The notes below the pieces were generated by a model. The model was not told where the DNA came from and did no database searches. It worked only from the letters and a program-made list of their open reading frames with translations. Below are positions 12,799 through 26,962 of a stretch of 64,000 bases of DNA, in pieces. The translations under genes and the position numbers were made by a program. The stretch comes from Phoronis australis (lineage: Eukaryota; Animalia; Phoronida), in contig NMRA01000966.1 of NCBI GenBank assembly GCA_002633005.1, positions 22,810 to 86,809 on the forward strand. The letters run 5' to 3'. Position 1 is the stretch's first letter. Every line of letters starts with the position of its first letter.

Positions 12799-15700
12799 GT
12801 GATGCTTTCATTAGGCTATAAATTTACATTCAGCAATTCTTAGTTGCAAGCAAATTAGTTTTCATGTACCGTACAAGTATTGCCGTTGTATTGCAAACCC
12901 TGCATATTGCATTCAATGTTCCATAAATGATTACTTAACAGTTGCCGAGTTCACACTGGCGATGGTCATGTCATCAATGAAAGAAGTTCAGAAAGCCTCT
13001 TCTGCGGTGTTCTGCAATCAGCATGCAAACAAAACGTGGAACTAATTGGTTGTATTACTCATATAACTACCTCTTATTTAATGAATGTAGACTTCAATCC
13101 ACCAAGTCCTATGATATTTGCATATTTTGTATGTTGTAAATTTTTTATGTTGAATCTCTTTTATAGTGTAAAGGTAAGTTGGTAAGGGCCTACCACCAAT
13201 TTGGGGTGGGCTTTTTGTTTTCTCAGATATAGTTGGGGGTGAGCGGCTCGTGTTTGCAGTATCATCTTGGATAACTACATTAGGAAAATCTTCCGCAAAC
13301 AGAATTTGCACGCAAGTGGACGAGAAAGCGTGAACTGTTAACGCCAGAGTATCCGGCGAAATTCTCGCCACATCAAAGACTTGATAGTGCCGTCACAGAT
13401 TGAAGTGAGCTAGTCACTATTGATGGGCTTTGCTGAATATGCTAGATGAGATAATTGCAGTCATAAACCAACATGCTTGTTTAGTGTAGGAGTTTCAAAG
13501 CCAAAAAATGAGCTATAAGTAAGGCAAACAACCAACATGACTGTTTTTAAAATTGAAAAATAAATAGTAGCCATCTTTGAATTTTTAAAATTGATGCATT
13601 ATGAGAGAAATTAGCGAATAGGTTTTCTTCAGCATCGCAGCTAAGCCACGAGCAGTAATTTGGTAATTGATTGGGATAGGTTAGTCACAGTCTGGCTCAG
13701 GCTTGCTTACGCATTGCAGCAACAAAACCCCAAATGTTAGCAGTTGTCTCATGTATCTGGGGTAAGGTATCCTCTTGGAGTACGTAAGCAGTAATTGTAG
13801 GGAGTGGGGATGGCAACTGGGAGGAATATTGTCTCAAATAGAATTTTTAATCACCTGAACTCGTGATCACAAAAGATTACTCGACTCTTTACTCAAAAGT
13901 TGGCCGTTTACATCATTCGCAAGAAATTAGAAAAATTACTCTAACTATAGCAAGTGATTCATCATTTTTGGAGTTGAGTTGCAAGACTATTATTTGATGG
14001 TCCATGCCTGCATCAAGCAGTCCAATAAGGACTCGACTAATTTCCCTAAATCTTCTGCATGTTCAGTTTGTGTCGTTCTTTACCCCCTATGAAGGACTGT
14101 TTTATGCAGCCGCCCACTGAAACCCAGGTATTGTCTGAGGTATGCTCATTTCTCTTGTCTCTCAGTTATTACACTGGCTATATTTACAGCAGCACCTCTC
14201 TAACCTCTGTACGGTCCACTTAGGAACTTTTCATACCGCATACACTTTTTAAAAGAAGTTTGTGTTTTCCTGCAGAAAAATGAGGTGCGCTTTTTGATCT
14301 GCACTGATGTGGCTGCCAGAGGGATTGACATTACTGGCCTACCCTACGGTAAGTGAGATTTTTTCTCATCCATGACATTCAAAGTAGCTCTTGGTAACAG
14401 GCCACATAGTGACACTGACTGTTGCCACCATCTCAGGTGAGGGTGGCTTGGCGATTAGCCTTGCTATCGACTCCGGGACAGCGCATCACTTTGTTATTAT
14501 CTTGGTCACCTGTTTTCCTGACTGTCCTGGTGTCAATCCACTTTGTCCTGAATTTAACGATGCCTTGGTGCCCCCTACCCAGTAACTGGAAGAGAACCAG
14601 AAGAATTTGTCTAGAACTTGATACCAGTGTAGAGGATATTTTTGGGGAGTTGTCTTTGTGCTGTTTGCAAAGAACACAGCACCCCTTTGTGTGGCCATAT
14701 TTACCAGCAACTCCGTTTCATTCCACTTGCTTGGTTTAACCACGTAAATGTTTTGTTGTCGTCATAATTACGTCTCGTCAAATCTTAAAACTTCAGCGCC
14801 ACATTAATTTAAAAAGCAACCCACTACCAATGAAGGCCCATTTCATTCAAATTTTTGACAAGTTCTGTAGGTTTATACATATGAAGTTTATATGCAATCG
14901 TAAGTCGACTATGTGAAATCGAATCAAACCTTGAAGTTGGTATTGGTCTGTTATATTGATGTGAATGGTGTAGACTTTTTCTGTCATTGGAAATTTTGCC
15001 TCTATTCAATAAATGTTCAAGAAAATAAACCTGAGTATTCATTTATATATGAGCACTTTATGCTGTCACAACTGTCCATCCGTCTGGCGTCCGCTGCTCT
15101 ATCTACAAAACTGTTTGATGTACGTTGATGAAATTTTGCACTTATGATTCTTTCGCAGATGGGACGGCATGAACGAACTTTCAAAGGAATCTAATTACCG
15201 ATGTGCCAACTAATGGCAATTTTAGTTTTTTATTGTGTATCTCTGTATCGTCAAAGGTCCTCACCGGATTTTCATATAATTTGGTAAATAGGTATCTGTT
15301 AGTGAGATGACGATACTTTCCTATTTTCAGTTGGGATTCGAGATACTTTGTGCCACCTAGAGGCTATTTTATTTACTGTTTTCGAGTCTGTTTTTTGGCA
15401 TCCGCCTCTCTGTCATCCAAACCACTCTAAGGTTGATTGGGAAAATTGGCATACTTCGTTGTTTCAACTGTGAAGAAGACAGCTGACAACGATCTTCCGC
15501 CGACTTTTGACTACTGTGGCACCACCTAGTGTCAGTTTTGCGCCCATGGCTGTAGCTCTTAAACCCTCTGTTACATAAGGTTCTTTATTAAATTTAGCAG
15601 GTGTATTTATATGAAGTTGACAACAAATGATGACGACTTTCGGATGGATGCAATGAAGGCGGCAATTTCATTTTTTTCGTTGTCCTATATTTCTCTGAAG

Positions 15701-18700
15701 TTCCTTTGTGGATTTTTATGAAATTTAGTAAATAGCTTGCTATTAAAGAAACAAGTACATGTTCCCATTTTTGGTTGGATTCAACTTACTTGCCCCATCT
15801 AGTGGCCATTTTCACTGTTTTCTAGTCTATTTTTGGCATCCACCCCTCTATCAACCAAACCACTCTAAGGATGATTTTAAAAATTGGTATTTATGTTTCT
15901 ACTGTGAAGACGGCGGCTGGTGATGATTTTTGGATGACTCGGACTACTGTGGCAACTTTTAGTGGCTGTGTTTTTTGCCTCTATGGCTGTGTCTCTCAAA
16001 CTCTTTGCAGGATCTTCGTTAAATTTGACAAGTGAATTTGACGACGGGTAATGATTACTTTTGGAGAGGATCTTACTACCGCTGTGTCCCCCTAGTGGCA
16101 ATTTTATTTTTTACGTTTGCTTCTGTAACTTCATAGTTCCTTGATACTTTTCCATGAAATTTGGCAAACATTAGTTCCTATTATGAAGATGACAGCTCCT
16201 TTCCATTAGTGATAATCTTAATTGTTTTTAGTCTGTTTTTTGTTATCTACTTCTCAGAATGTGCCAAACCATGCAGAGGATCATTATGACAATTGTCAGA
16301 TGTGTACCTACTGACCTGAGCATGTCTGACGTGGATTTTCAAATGGGTCCAACTACTGTGGTGCGCCCTAGTGACATTCTTCGCATCTGCGGCTGTATCT
16401 CTTAAGGTCATCAAGTGCAAACATGGGAGTAGAAACTCACATGCATAAACCACAGTCTACTTGAGGACTGAATAATAGACACATATCTTGAGTTCACACA
16501 AAAGTGGTATTGGAAAATGCAATTTCGAAGAAAAAGATTATACCCCGTGCCCTGGCCCTTACAAACGACACAGAGTTGGGCAACCATGAATTTCGCAGGT
16601 TGCAGATGAGTGTTTGACAGCTGGTTGTCTTGTTTGTTACTTTCATCAAAGGGACAGTTGGATGTACACCATACACTGCTCAAAAACCACCGATTTCCCA
16701 CTCAAGCCCAATTTCCACCAGATACCCACCTCCTACCTAAAGAAAGACATAGCAGCTGTGACACTTTGTCTGTGCATGAACCATGGGTTTTTGTTGAAAA
16801 CTTTTTACTTTCATCTATTTTGACTTCTTGTAGTATTTTGAGTCTGGCATGAGATGGGTGCGTAGTGATTTGGGATTTTTACGGAACAAAATCTAAAGTC
16901 ACATTCATTGGTAACCTGCTGGTTTCCAAAATCTGCCCTTTATCTATTGACAAAGTACATGGCACTGTCTTTTGTATTGTACATATCTGTTGATAGAGTA
17001 CATTACACTGTCTTTTGTAGTGAACATATCCATTGACAGATTACATTACACTGTCTTTTGTAGTGTACATATCCATTGACAGAGAACATTGTACTGTCTT
17101 TGGTAGTGTTCATATCCATCCACAGAGAACATTGTACTGTCTTTTGTAGTGTACATATCTGTTGACATAGTACATTGTACTGTCTTATGTAGTGTACTTA
17201 TCCACTGACATAGTACATTCTACTGTCTTTTGTAGTGTACATTATCCATTAAAAAGTACTATGTTCTACGGAAGGGGCTCCTCGTGGTTCTTAATGGGAA
17301 AGATTAAAAAGTGTTGATTCATTGGCTCAAGTGTTATTTCCGTTTTTTGCTCTTGTTTTTCCTTATTCTTGGTATTTTTTCCTTGCAGCTTAGTCTTCCC
17401 TGTGATGTGCATATGTGTATATCCTCATGTATAATCGATAACTCAGTGTGTCTGTGTGCTTTATTGACGAATTACTTGCTAAGTGCTCTTGTATTATTTA
17501 CCCTGTGAACTGAAATTAAATATCTTATGATCCTTGTTTTAAACTGGGTGCTGACCTACTAATATAGAATACACATAAGTGCACCTCTCATGGAAATAAG
17601 GTTTCATTGACAGTTATGTTATTGGGTGCACAACCAGGAATGTATAGACCCATAATGGATTGAATTCTTTATACTGATAATTGCTCTGTACCACACAATA
17701 GGAGCTAAGGTGAACTTCTGACTGACACAAGGCCCATGGCAACACCACAGGGTTGATGTAGAGATGCATTGTCCAAATGCAGCAATCACTGAATGTCCCT
17801 GTTTCCTAATGAGGCCAGTCATAGAATTCCACATGTAGTAATAAGTGACTATTGTAATTCCAACTTTTAAGAAGCATTCAAGGTTGCCAGTTGGGAAGTC
17901 TGATGTAGCGCCAAGTGAACTATTATTGAAAACAAGCGATTTTGGCAATAAGTTTTTGTTCTAAGGGGTGAAAATTTTGCAGCTACAAATGATTTTGGAA
18001 TAAACTAATGAAAGCGCTATGAAAAACGACACTTGGTGAAATCAAATAAAGAGTTTAGGGGTGAGATCAATGATGAAACCAACATATTAGAAAACCAGTG
18101 ATGAGTTCTATTTACATACTAAGTTTGAAATGGTTCGGTCAAAGAATCGCTCTGTGAACTTAAGTCGAGAAATAGCCATCACAGCCATATCTTGTATCCG
18201 ATTTCACCCAAGAACGAACGTCCATGGGCTATTGACTTAGTAATCACTGTTTGTAAATTTCATGTTGATCAGACAAAAGGTGATGCATTGTTAATTTCAA
18301 TTAATGTGTTAAGTGCACCTATAAATATTTACTATAAATTGTTATTTTCGATAAGGTTAAATTGACATCAAATCTAATCCAAATATAATGAAATGAGATT
18401 CCTTGGCGTGTGCCATATCATGAATTACTCAAAAAAGTAACGCATTTATTGTTTTTTTTTTGACTTAAATGTGAATGAAGTGATCGATTTCAAAAAAAAA
18501 AAATTCATAAGATTTTGAAACAAGAGACACAGGCTGATGTCAATTTTACGTGAAAATACACGTATTTATGATCGATATATGTTTGGAATAACATATAAAT
18601 TATTTAAAAAGATTCCTACCTTGCTGTGTTTTATCACTTTTGGTTGAGTACGTAAGCAATGCCATGTTTTCTTTGAATTTTAATTTGCAGAGATATATTC

Positions 18701-21700
18701 AGTATTTGTAAAATATGGAATGTGAAAATGTAGGCACTCATGTTTATGTTTCCCATCTTTACCAAATTCAGCGTTCCAACTTTGAATTCATTTGTTTTTT
18801 GGGATATATCTGCTTATTATGTTTATCACCTGACATTGGTCAGTCATTGCTTGAAATGTTGGGTTTTTAGCATATTTTTATGATCATTTTTCTTCCTTTT
18901 ATCTTTCATGCATGTAGTTTTATTCAATATTCCTCGCGGATAATAACTTTTAACTTCTCTTTAAACAATTTTCGTGAATAAAATCTGTTCGTTACGCCCT
19001 ATATCACATTTCTCAACCTGCAACTTTGAAATTCTTCTTACCCATTGGTATTACCACAGCCCTGGAGACTAGACTGGCTTCTTTTGTTTTGGGGATTTGA
19101 GGACAGAGTTCAGAGTCAGTGATAACCTCTGTCTGTTTAAGGCAAAATTCTTTCCCATCCATTTTAGACACTACACAGCTCAAATTGTTCAAATTGCAAA
19201 AGGTGGCTAACTACTCTCTCCTTGCTGAGATGGCCCAACTCTATTGTGTAGACTGCCTGAACAACAAAATGGAGTTACTTGACTTGTACGTACCCAACAC
19301 TTTGTCAGAGAGATCTTAATAATCCAAAAGAATGATAGAACATGCTAAATCTGGGCGAATGATGGAAAACCGGGACACATATATGAATAAAAATAAAACG
19401 TAATTATCATATATCCTTTGTAGTCATCAATGTTACGATGCCAGATGAGAAACAGAATTACGTTCACCGTATTGGACGAGTGGGACGGGCAGAGAGGATG
19501 GGTCTGGCACTGTCATTGGTGGCCAGTGTCCAGGAGAAAGTCTGGTATCACTCTAATTGTAGTAACCGCGGCAGAGGCTGCTACAACACCGATCTGACCA
19601 CTAGAGGGGGATGCTGCATCTGGTATAATGAGCCTCAGGTAGGTTGGTCTGAGAGAAGAGATGGGATGTGGGGGCGTATATTGTGAGGCGGTGTGCATGA
19701 GGGGTGCACCAAAGGCTGGGGCGGGGATGAAGGATGAGTAAAGAGGTTATGGAGAGTCATTGCTGAGCAAAAGTGAATGCAGAATCAAGTTCCAGGAAAC
19801 TGGTTATTGAGTGACTTGCGCTACTTCGCTCTGGTTACAACATGGCATGAACTTGTCGTTTGCATTGAATATCTGTTTGGACTGAATCATTATTGAGCAA
19901 GGTCAGACAGCTCATCTCCGTATCTTTTGTGTTGTTTGTAGCATAATTCTAATCAGGTGAGCGCGGACTACTTTCAAGCAGTCAAGCAGCTGAAGTCAAT
20001 TTAATTTTCACATGCGCAAACTCAGTTATAGTGAACTGTTTTTATTATTCGAACTCCGATTTTGGTTGCTTGTTATGTTCTGCATAGTTGTGGAATCATT
20101 AGTTCTTGAAAATGTGTAGTTTTTAAATTTAAAGCTGCAGTTTTATACTTTGATAGGATGAGTTTATTACATTTTATGACTCAGCTCGCAACGCTTGATT
20201 GACTCTATTCAAGCCTGCAAACACAGTTTGAATCATGCTGGTCGAAATTGAATGCAGACACCCCGGTTTAGCATTGCACATAATTGTATTTAGGTTATCT
20301 GGACCTCATCTGTACATCAGCAAGTGTAGGAATGGGTGTAAGTAGCAAATCCATGCAGTGATGTTGTAGTTTTGTAAGAGCTTGGTGGACCAGTTAGTAA
20401 ATGTGAACTGGGACTCTTAAACAAGTGAGAATTTGTTTTTATTCAGGAAAAATGACACCAAAAATGTTGTCTTTCCCTCTTTAGGATCAAAATTGTCAAC
20501 GATTTTGTCATATCGGCAGCATCTAAACCTGAATGTTAGCTGTAGAACAATTTTCCTGTGTCATCCCAACCGCCCGTTGTAGTTGAAACGGATATATTTG
20601 CCAGGGGTAACTTCAATGAGCTTGCCCATCTTGGCATGGTGTTTGTCATAGTAGCTGTGGTTATGCAACCTGGTGTAATATAATTACCATAAATTAGCCA
20701 TGACAGACCTGGGCCAGATGGAATTTGCCAGGGGCAGATCGAGGATTTTGAGTTAGGGTGAGCCAGGGCACAGGAATAACCAGAAATGTGTCAGATGAGC
20801 GTGCCCAGCCTGAAATGTGGGGATGCAGGGTTTCGAATTTTGGGTTTGCGGACTTGTTGTGTAAAGAAAAAAGGTAAACGGGGTTTGTTCAGGGCCTATG
20901 CATTGCTTATTCGCCACTGTTTGCTGCCCTCTATTATCGAAGGAAGGAACAAGTTTCCTGATGCTAATGGAATAGCCCTTTCAAGGGTGGTCCACTTGGT
21001 ATGTCTGGTCATGTCTGTAATCTTTAGTGATCCCCCAGACATGTTGTAAGCCTGTCGTCTGCCAGTAGAAACTTTTTTCTGTGAGGAGCTTTATATTCTC
21101 TGTCACCCGATTTCTTGGGAAATTGTAGAATTTTCTTCCTCGATTTGAAAATAGAGATTTTTTGAATATAAAGTTGTGTGTGACTAGAGCATAAGAATCA
21201 TGACTTTGTGAGTTTAATGACCCCTTCTTAATTGTTGTTGGAACATCGGGTGACATTCTATTGTGTTGGGGGTATTTAAAACTTTCACGGGAGCACAGAT
21301 TTAAGTGCCACTGGGTAAATTTGCCATGTGATTTCACCAATATAAGAACCATCAGGAAAATTGTGGAAACGATTCAAATGTCCTTGAGATGCCTTGTTTC
21401 TAGTTACACAGCACTACAAGATTAAAAGTCATGAACTACTAGCACAGGTGAGAGGATTCGGTGAAGCCCCAAGTCAACCGAAATTCTTCTTATGGTAAAA
21501 CTACAACACTCTGTCCTTTGCTTCATTCCAGCTGTTGGCTGATGTTGAAGAACACCTTGGCGTGACCATAGATCAGTGTGAACCGGACATGAAAGTGCAG
21601 GCTAATGAGTTTGATGGCAAAGTGGTCTACGGACAGAAGAGGAAAAATGCAGGTGAGATATTAATTGGGTGTGGAATATTGTCAGAAACAAGAGCGAAAT

Positions 21701-23283
21701 TGTACATGAACATAGAAAAAGAATTTTTTCAGTTTGGGACTGAATTCGCAATTTTCACGAGTGTGCGAAACATATGCTTTTCTCCAATTCCCTCCCTGAA
21801 GTGTTAAAAATGTTGATATTGTTATAGGACAGTATTTAATTGACTAAACTATATGATTGTGCACATTACCTTATGGCTACACCTTATTTTGCCAGTGACA
21901 AACTTGTCTCAACCTCTAGTGTGTAAGCTGCATGAGTAACACATTAATGGGGGCCATTTGACTTGTGTACACCACCCCTTACCAGAGCGGTCTTTAAATA
22001 CCCGCAAAAAATGCAGTGAAATTGGGGGTGACGATTTATTTTTTGATTTTCTATTTGAAAGGTTTTAAACAGAATACTTGAATTGTTCATGAAAAGTAGA
22101 CGTTGTTTGGTTTTTGAATTTGTAAAATGGGACAAGAAATGTGACTTTTAGCCTGTGAATTTTAACCGAATGTTGCCCAGAGCTTGCGCCTAGGCCAGCC
22201 AGTATTCTGTGCCTCATTGATTCTGTGGGGTGTGCAGCATAATGGGCCAATTACCAAACCAGCAGGGAGTGTCGGAATTTGAGGTAGGCCAAGTGTCATC
22301 ATACAATTCTTGGCATGAAGATCATTGAAACCAGTGCCAGAAATTCAAGAAAAGGCTTCAGAGTTTTTTGGGTTGGCCTGAGTATTATGAGAGTAAAAGG
22401 CTTAATTCACTTTTTGTTTTTAGTCAGCTAAACCGGCCAAAATATCAGTCACAAGATATTGAGTGTCTATATGGTTTAAACGTAGAAAATAAATAATGAA
22501 ACCCCTTATCTAACTCATTTTATCTGTGTGGATACTCACACACTAATTAATTTCCTAATTAGAAATTTATCAGTTTTTTGTTGACCGACACTGAGCTGGT
22601 TAAATAGCAAGTAGGATATAGTTAAACATACTGGTCGTTGACTTGCATGACAATGACCTCTCTTTGCCAGATTATGTAACAGGGACTGTTGAAGCAACTT
22701 CTAAGTCAATAGGATTATTAAGTGCTAACAGCGTGGGTGTTGATTTTGATCTTGATGCATTTTTACGGGACCTATAATGGTGGGCACTGTGTTATGTAAT
22801 ACCCGCATTGATTAGCCTTCTGTTGAGATATTCATGACATTTGCTTTATCACGATAATTAACGTATTTCAAAAAAGGTCAATCCACCTTTTTGTTGTTTT
22901 GACGTTGGTGCCATGGGTGTAAGGGTGGTCGTACTTACTTCCAGCTTTTTCATTAGATTTCTGAAAGTGACACTGACCTCAGAGTGCTAATTCGTTATTA
23001 TCATTTTAATTTGGCATTTTAATTTTAGTTGACTTGGTCCTAAAAGGTCAAAATGATATCATACTTAACTATCCATAAAACAGCATAATAGATAATGATA
23101 ATCTCCACAAAAATTCATTGTACAATTAGCTAAATTTTTGACTTGCACTGCTTTACAGGTACGGGGTACAAGGGACACGTGGATTTCTTAGCACCAACCG
23201 TGGCTGAGCTGGCAAGTCTGGAGAAGAGAGCGCAGGACTCCTTTCTCAAGCTTAAACATGGCAAAGTATTTCAGCACCGTTAG
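12707..23283 (+). CDS. DDX1: ATP-dependent RNA helicase DDX1, 3' part (5 coding exons, about 208 aa of helicase C-terminal domain)
   Basis: Spliced translation [82 protein letters not shown]... includes DEAD-box motifs V and VI and DDX1-specific segments (KVWYH..C..RG.GCYNT; EFDGKV.YGQKR; YKGHVD.LAPTV.ELA.LEK.AQ.SFL). All introns GT..AG with matching phases. Confidence 0.97.
14276..14348 (+). CDS. DDX1: DDX1 exon ([24 protein letters not shown], motif V)
   Basis: ctgcag acceptor, |gtaagt donor; 73 nt. Confidence 0.95.
15040..16445 (+). mobile_element. Helentron-associated (HINE/DINE-like) element with about 3 diverged 440-bp tandem units
   Basis: T-rich start, degenerate GTCC microsatellite (about 15073-15093), repeated unit (ACCACTCTAAGG at 15421 and 15859; partial third copy about 16220-16410), short terminal hairpin GAGT-AGAA-ACTC at about 16427. 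Family assignment is inferred. Confidence 0.5.
16941..17250. repeat. Minisatellite, 7 x 43 bp
   Basis: CTGTCTT core recurs at 16965, 17008, 17051, 17094, 17137, 17180 and 17223. Confidence 0.93.
19424..19638 (+). CDS. DDX1: DDX1 exon ([27 protein letters not shown]...IWYNEPQ, motif VI)
   Basis: ttgtag acceptor, |gtaggt donor; 215 nt; HRIGRVGR motif. Confidence 0.97.
21532..21652 (+). CDS. DDX1: DDX1 exon ([40 protein letters not shown])
   Basis: ttccag acceptor, |gtgaga donor; 121 nt. Confidence 0.95.
23159..23283 (+). CDS. DDX1: DDX1 last coding exon ([41 protein letters not shown])
   Basis: ttacag acceptor; TAG stop at 23281-23283. Confidence 0.95.
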
Positions 23284-25813
23284 ATTAAGCCATGATTATG
23301 TGCTTATCATATGACACGAGATGAGAACTGTCCTGATTCACTCTTTTGTGACGTTCGTAATTAGATGTTGCGACTAAAAAAAAGTGTACAGTATTGATTT
23401 GGTTGTTTCTTGACTGGGTATCATCGGACCTTGATTAACATCACCAGCATTGTCTAGTGGATGGCATTGGCCTGTGTTACACAGATGTTATCCCCTGTAT
23501 TGTTTGATACAAAGGGTTAGCTGTAATGGTGTATTTGATGTCTCTTCACAATATGGATTGTCTGTTCCTTTCAGTTTAGACCTCGATATGAAGATTATGA
23601 AATACGGGGAAATTTCACCAATTTTGGGCACAATATGGCCGACAAGTGAAACGTTTTGTCCTATTTCGGTGAAGGATGTGTCACACCAACTTAATGCTTT
23701 TCCTTAAGTTCTATACCATAGCAACGTAACCACCATCAGATGCTGTTTTGGAAAAATGTGACCATTCACAACAATGGTTAGAAGCACTTGAAAAATGAAA
23801 AAATCAATTTTATTATTTTTGTCTGAAATTACTGAGATTTTACTGTAGGGTGACTAACTCTGGCAACAAAATGGTAAAAAAATTTCCCTTATGTTAGCAA
23901 TCACCAAAAAATCTTTTGAATCGAGAAAAATAACTGCATCATTTTTCAAACATTTATTTATAGATCATTTAAACATGGTGCTTTAACCCACTCCACCATA
24001 TCCTGAATCAGCATCGAATCGGTTTCAATGTTTTTTATTCCGCTTAAGTATGAAATAGTGATTTTGTGCTAAAGTAATTTTATTTATGTCATCCAATACT
24101 CAGTCCAAATCCAAACTTGATGATGCGAATGTTATACGATTTTAACTGTGAAATACAATATTGTTGGACTTGTCTGCATATCTGAGCAAAGTCAAATGCC
24201 CTTGTATTGACAACCTTCATACATTGAACAGAAAGTAGCAATTATTGAAAACAGTTCAAGAGAGGGAGAGTTGGTAGTGTGCTGTTAATTATTGCACAAT
24301 CACCGGTACTTCTGTCCTCTGATTGGCTAAGACGTGATATAGCTTTTGTTGATACTGACAAAGATGCTCGTGGTATATCACTTTTTACTGGTGGTCTCAA
24401 CTTGTTCCTTACTCCAATGAGAATTTCTGGGTTTGCAAAGAAGTGACAGTTTGAAAATTCTACACTCTGCATAAAATGACACACCGTGACAAGCCAACTT
24501 GTAGAGCCTCAATTCAAGCAATATTGAACTGCCAGTTATTTTAAAGCCGTGAAGTCCCCTCCAGTTTGACTAAGGACCAATTTGAGACCAATTTCATAAT
24601 GTTAAGTGGTCTAAATCATAAACTGATTTTTGTAATGGATAGCACGCTTATATCCACTTCAAGAATAAGCTTCATAAAAGCACACTTATATGACAGACAT
24701 CATATTTTACTAAATATTTATTCAAGTTGAGTGTACAACGGTTTGTGCAGTTTTGTTCAAAACTAGTCTCCACATGTGTGAGCAGACAGTTCACATTAAA
24801 GTAAACCAAACAGATTCAAACAGACAATAACAACAGTGTAGGGGTTGACTTCTTCACTGTATGCTCAAGGAATACATAAAATAATAAAATCTAATACCAG
24901 GTGTGAGTACAAACATAAAACTTGATAATGAAGAGGCGACTCCTATTTTTAACATTTAATGAAAATCAGATCAAACATTATGAAGCAGTGCCTCAGTAGT
25001 ATTGTCCTCTGTCTGTTTGGCACAGTGCCTCCATACACAGGTGTTACGCGGCACATATTTCCTTATCCTCAAATGTCACATTTCAAAACCTCATAAAAGT
25101 AGCATGAACACTCGTGCCCCTTTATTAATACTTCTAGACACTCACAAGTTCCACATATAATTTATATTTCTTGCATAAGAAACCTTAGTGGCCTGGATAA
25201 ATGGTAGTTTTCATCACCTGACAACTTATTAGACTCTCTTCGTTACCAGGCACTTAAGTTCTCAACTAACACTTAAAGATTAATAGTAGTCCCATAAAAC
25301 TATGTTTGTTTACATTTTCTATAACCACAAAATCTCGCATGCACAAAAGCCTAGTTGTTCATATTCACATTTTAAAAATGTGTCATTTTTCAAACTCTTA
25401 ACTTCTTTACTCTGTGAACTTCAAAAGAATGATGGATTTTCTATTACCGGTAAGTCCTTTTAGTCTGAGAGCTCAGCTGTCAAAAATCGAGAATTGTACT
25501 TTTCTTCACTTTTGACAAGCAAGTTCTCGGTCTAAAAGGAATCCCAAATGTTGACATCTTCACAATTTGACAGCCGAGTTCCCATGCTCAAGGGAAATCC
25601 GAGACATACTTTGGGAGATAATAGAATAAAACAAAACATTTGCAAGTTTCATTCAAAAACGAATCGTTTTTGTGGAAAATCTAGATTGCTTAAAAAAAAT
25701 TAAATATAATGAATACAAACATCTGGGCATTATTTATGTGCACATAGTAAGAGCTTGTGATCACAAAAGTAACCAATGGGAGACTGAAAGCAGTGATGTG
25801 GCAACAGTGGAAC

Positions 25814-26354
25814 CTCGCTGGTTCCCTGCGTGCTGCTAGGTGGTAGCCAGCATGCAGGTATCGCTCAATTTTCCTTGAGAAATTTTTTTTACACCGGCAG
25901 CACTTTACGCAAACAAACTGGCATGACTGTTGGAGGAAGTGTAAATGTGGTCTGTTGTACAGACAAATGGGTGCTTAAAATTTCTGTTCAAGAAATGTGA
26001 ATCCCAGAAATTGTAGTTGTGCCTTTTTGGAGTGCATCTTTCTATACTGTCGATGACTTTTGTTTACGATACTGTTCTGTATTCATACATTCAGTATGAA
26101 TAACACACTGGTTAAATCGGCCAGATATGTGTTTATTGAGCATATGTGCTTCAAGCATGCAGCTATTAAACATTACTGTAGACTGAAACGAAATAGTTGC
26201 TGCTACGCCACTTGCATGATAAGGCTAAAAATCGTTCGTAGTCCGCCATTTTTTCACGTTGTAAAGCTAACCAATGACTGCCGAGGTTACATCAATCAAT
26301 GCTAAAGCCCGTGCTACTGCGTGATAACTGCTAGGCACGTAGGGAACCAGCGAG
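25814..26354. mobile_element. MITE with 20-bp TIR between the convergent DDX1 and UBA2 ends
   Basis: CTCGCTGGTTCCCTGCGTGC / GCACGTAGGGAACCAGCGAG (19/20). Flanks CAGTGGAAC / CAATGGACC could be a decayed 9-bp TSD. Confidence 0.7.
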
Positions 26355-26962
26355 CAATGGACCAGATGCTAGTGGCCTCTATAGGACGAGGAGGCAATCG
26401 CATATACAGTGGAAGGGTCTTGTCGTGAAGTCAAACGTGTTCCCTATGCTACGTGCTGGAAAGAAGAAGTACTTCTTGGTACAGCGAGGTGACGATAAGA
26501 GTCATCGGTCCCACGCAATCAGGCCCCTTTGTTTTCTTAAAGTCTCCCACTACACCGTTACACAATAACAACACACTCAGTCACATACCTTCCATATACT
26601 TAAGACAGTTATGTACTAAGTAAAGAACATTAACAATGTTATAAAGAAATGGGAATGAAGACATATGCTCTCAATCCTCCAACTCTCTTGAACAAGAATC
26701 GATATTCGGGAAGTGCAATACAGCCACTTGGCAATGCGAACCCATATCAGAGGAAATGTTCAGAATCGTTTGCTGTTACAAAATCCAATTTAGCAAGATG
26801 TAAACTGTTTTCGTGTTCCCAAAGCACTGTCAGTTTTGAACCACCTTTCACTAATTAAATATCTAAGACCAGTCATTTACAATAAGGCTCCTTTGAGAAC
26901 TTTGTTGTGGGAATACCAAGTAAACAATCTTATCTAGTGTTTCTATCACTCCACTGGCATTA

